This document shows, piece after piece, positions 63,801 to 64,000 of a stretch of 64,000 nucleotides of DNA. The notes beneath the pieces are model-generated. The model had not been told where the DNA came from. It did not search any database and saw only the letters and a list, made by a program, of their open reading frames with translations. Origin of the DNA: Octopus sinensis. Its lineage: Eukaryota. Location of the stretch: NCBI RefSeq assembly GCF_006345805.1, contig NW_021833025.1:62001-126000 (forward strand), in the 5' to 3' direction. Numbering within the stretch: position 1 is the first letter of the stretch; each line of letters begins with the position of its first letter. Made by a program: the position numbers and the translations under genes.

Positions 63801-64000
63801 CTTTTAAGTTGATCTTTTTGATTAGCGATTCCCTCTAAAGTTTCATTAACTCCTTCACATTAACTTAGACCATATCTAGCCGACACGTTGCCTTTTATGT
63901 TCCCAAAGTGTTTACCACGCGGTTTTTCAACGCCAAGGGTGGAACCCTTCTTTTGGGATACACTTGACCCACTCCATGAGATGTCGTGCCTCTTAGTAAG

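Noticed and set aside
1-64000. Non-standard genetic code or bacterial contamination
   Set aside because: All host genes translate with the standard code once micro-introns are removed. No operons, rRNA, tRNA or CRISPR were recognised.

Overview
AT-rich eukaryotic (animal) nuclear DNA, not prokaryotic. About 12 kb consists of compact host genes: a C-type lectin, HSPBP1, PPM1A/B, WDR1/AIP1, an SDR16C dehydrogenase, DOLPP1, a FAM210-like gene, CDK9, LRRC43 and a disrupted two-domain C-type lectin. All are split by 23-34 nt spliceosomal micro-introns with almost bare GT (sometimes GC) donors. This, plus a motile-cilia gene, suggests a dicyemid-type mesozoan (inference). Most of the rest is nested transposable elements: Tc1/mariner, pogo/Tigger, hAT, Ginger2-like, and CRE-, R4-, Vingi- and Jockey/L2-type non-LTR retrotransposons. 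The standout is a near full-length Vingi/Ingi-type retrotransposon (21698-25058). Its 5' end folds into a complete HDV-like self-cleaving ribozyme with an in-frame AUG in the P4 loop. That AUG opens a 56-codon leader carrying a UGA-C plus a downstream hairpin and a 2A ribosomal-skip motif (DIEQNPGP) directly ahead of the APE domain. Also notable: a TSD-flanked twin-primed (5'-inverted) LINE nested in another TSD-flanked LINE, a conserved 3' hairpin across three Vingi families, and a 404-bp copy of flanking DNA captured inside a Tc1. All calls come from manual reading; no database searches were run.
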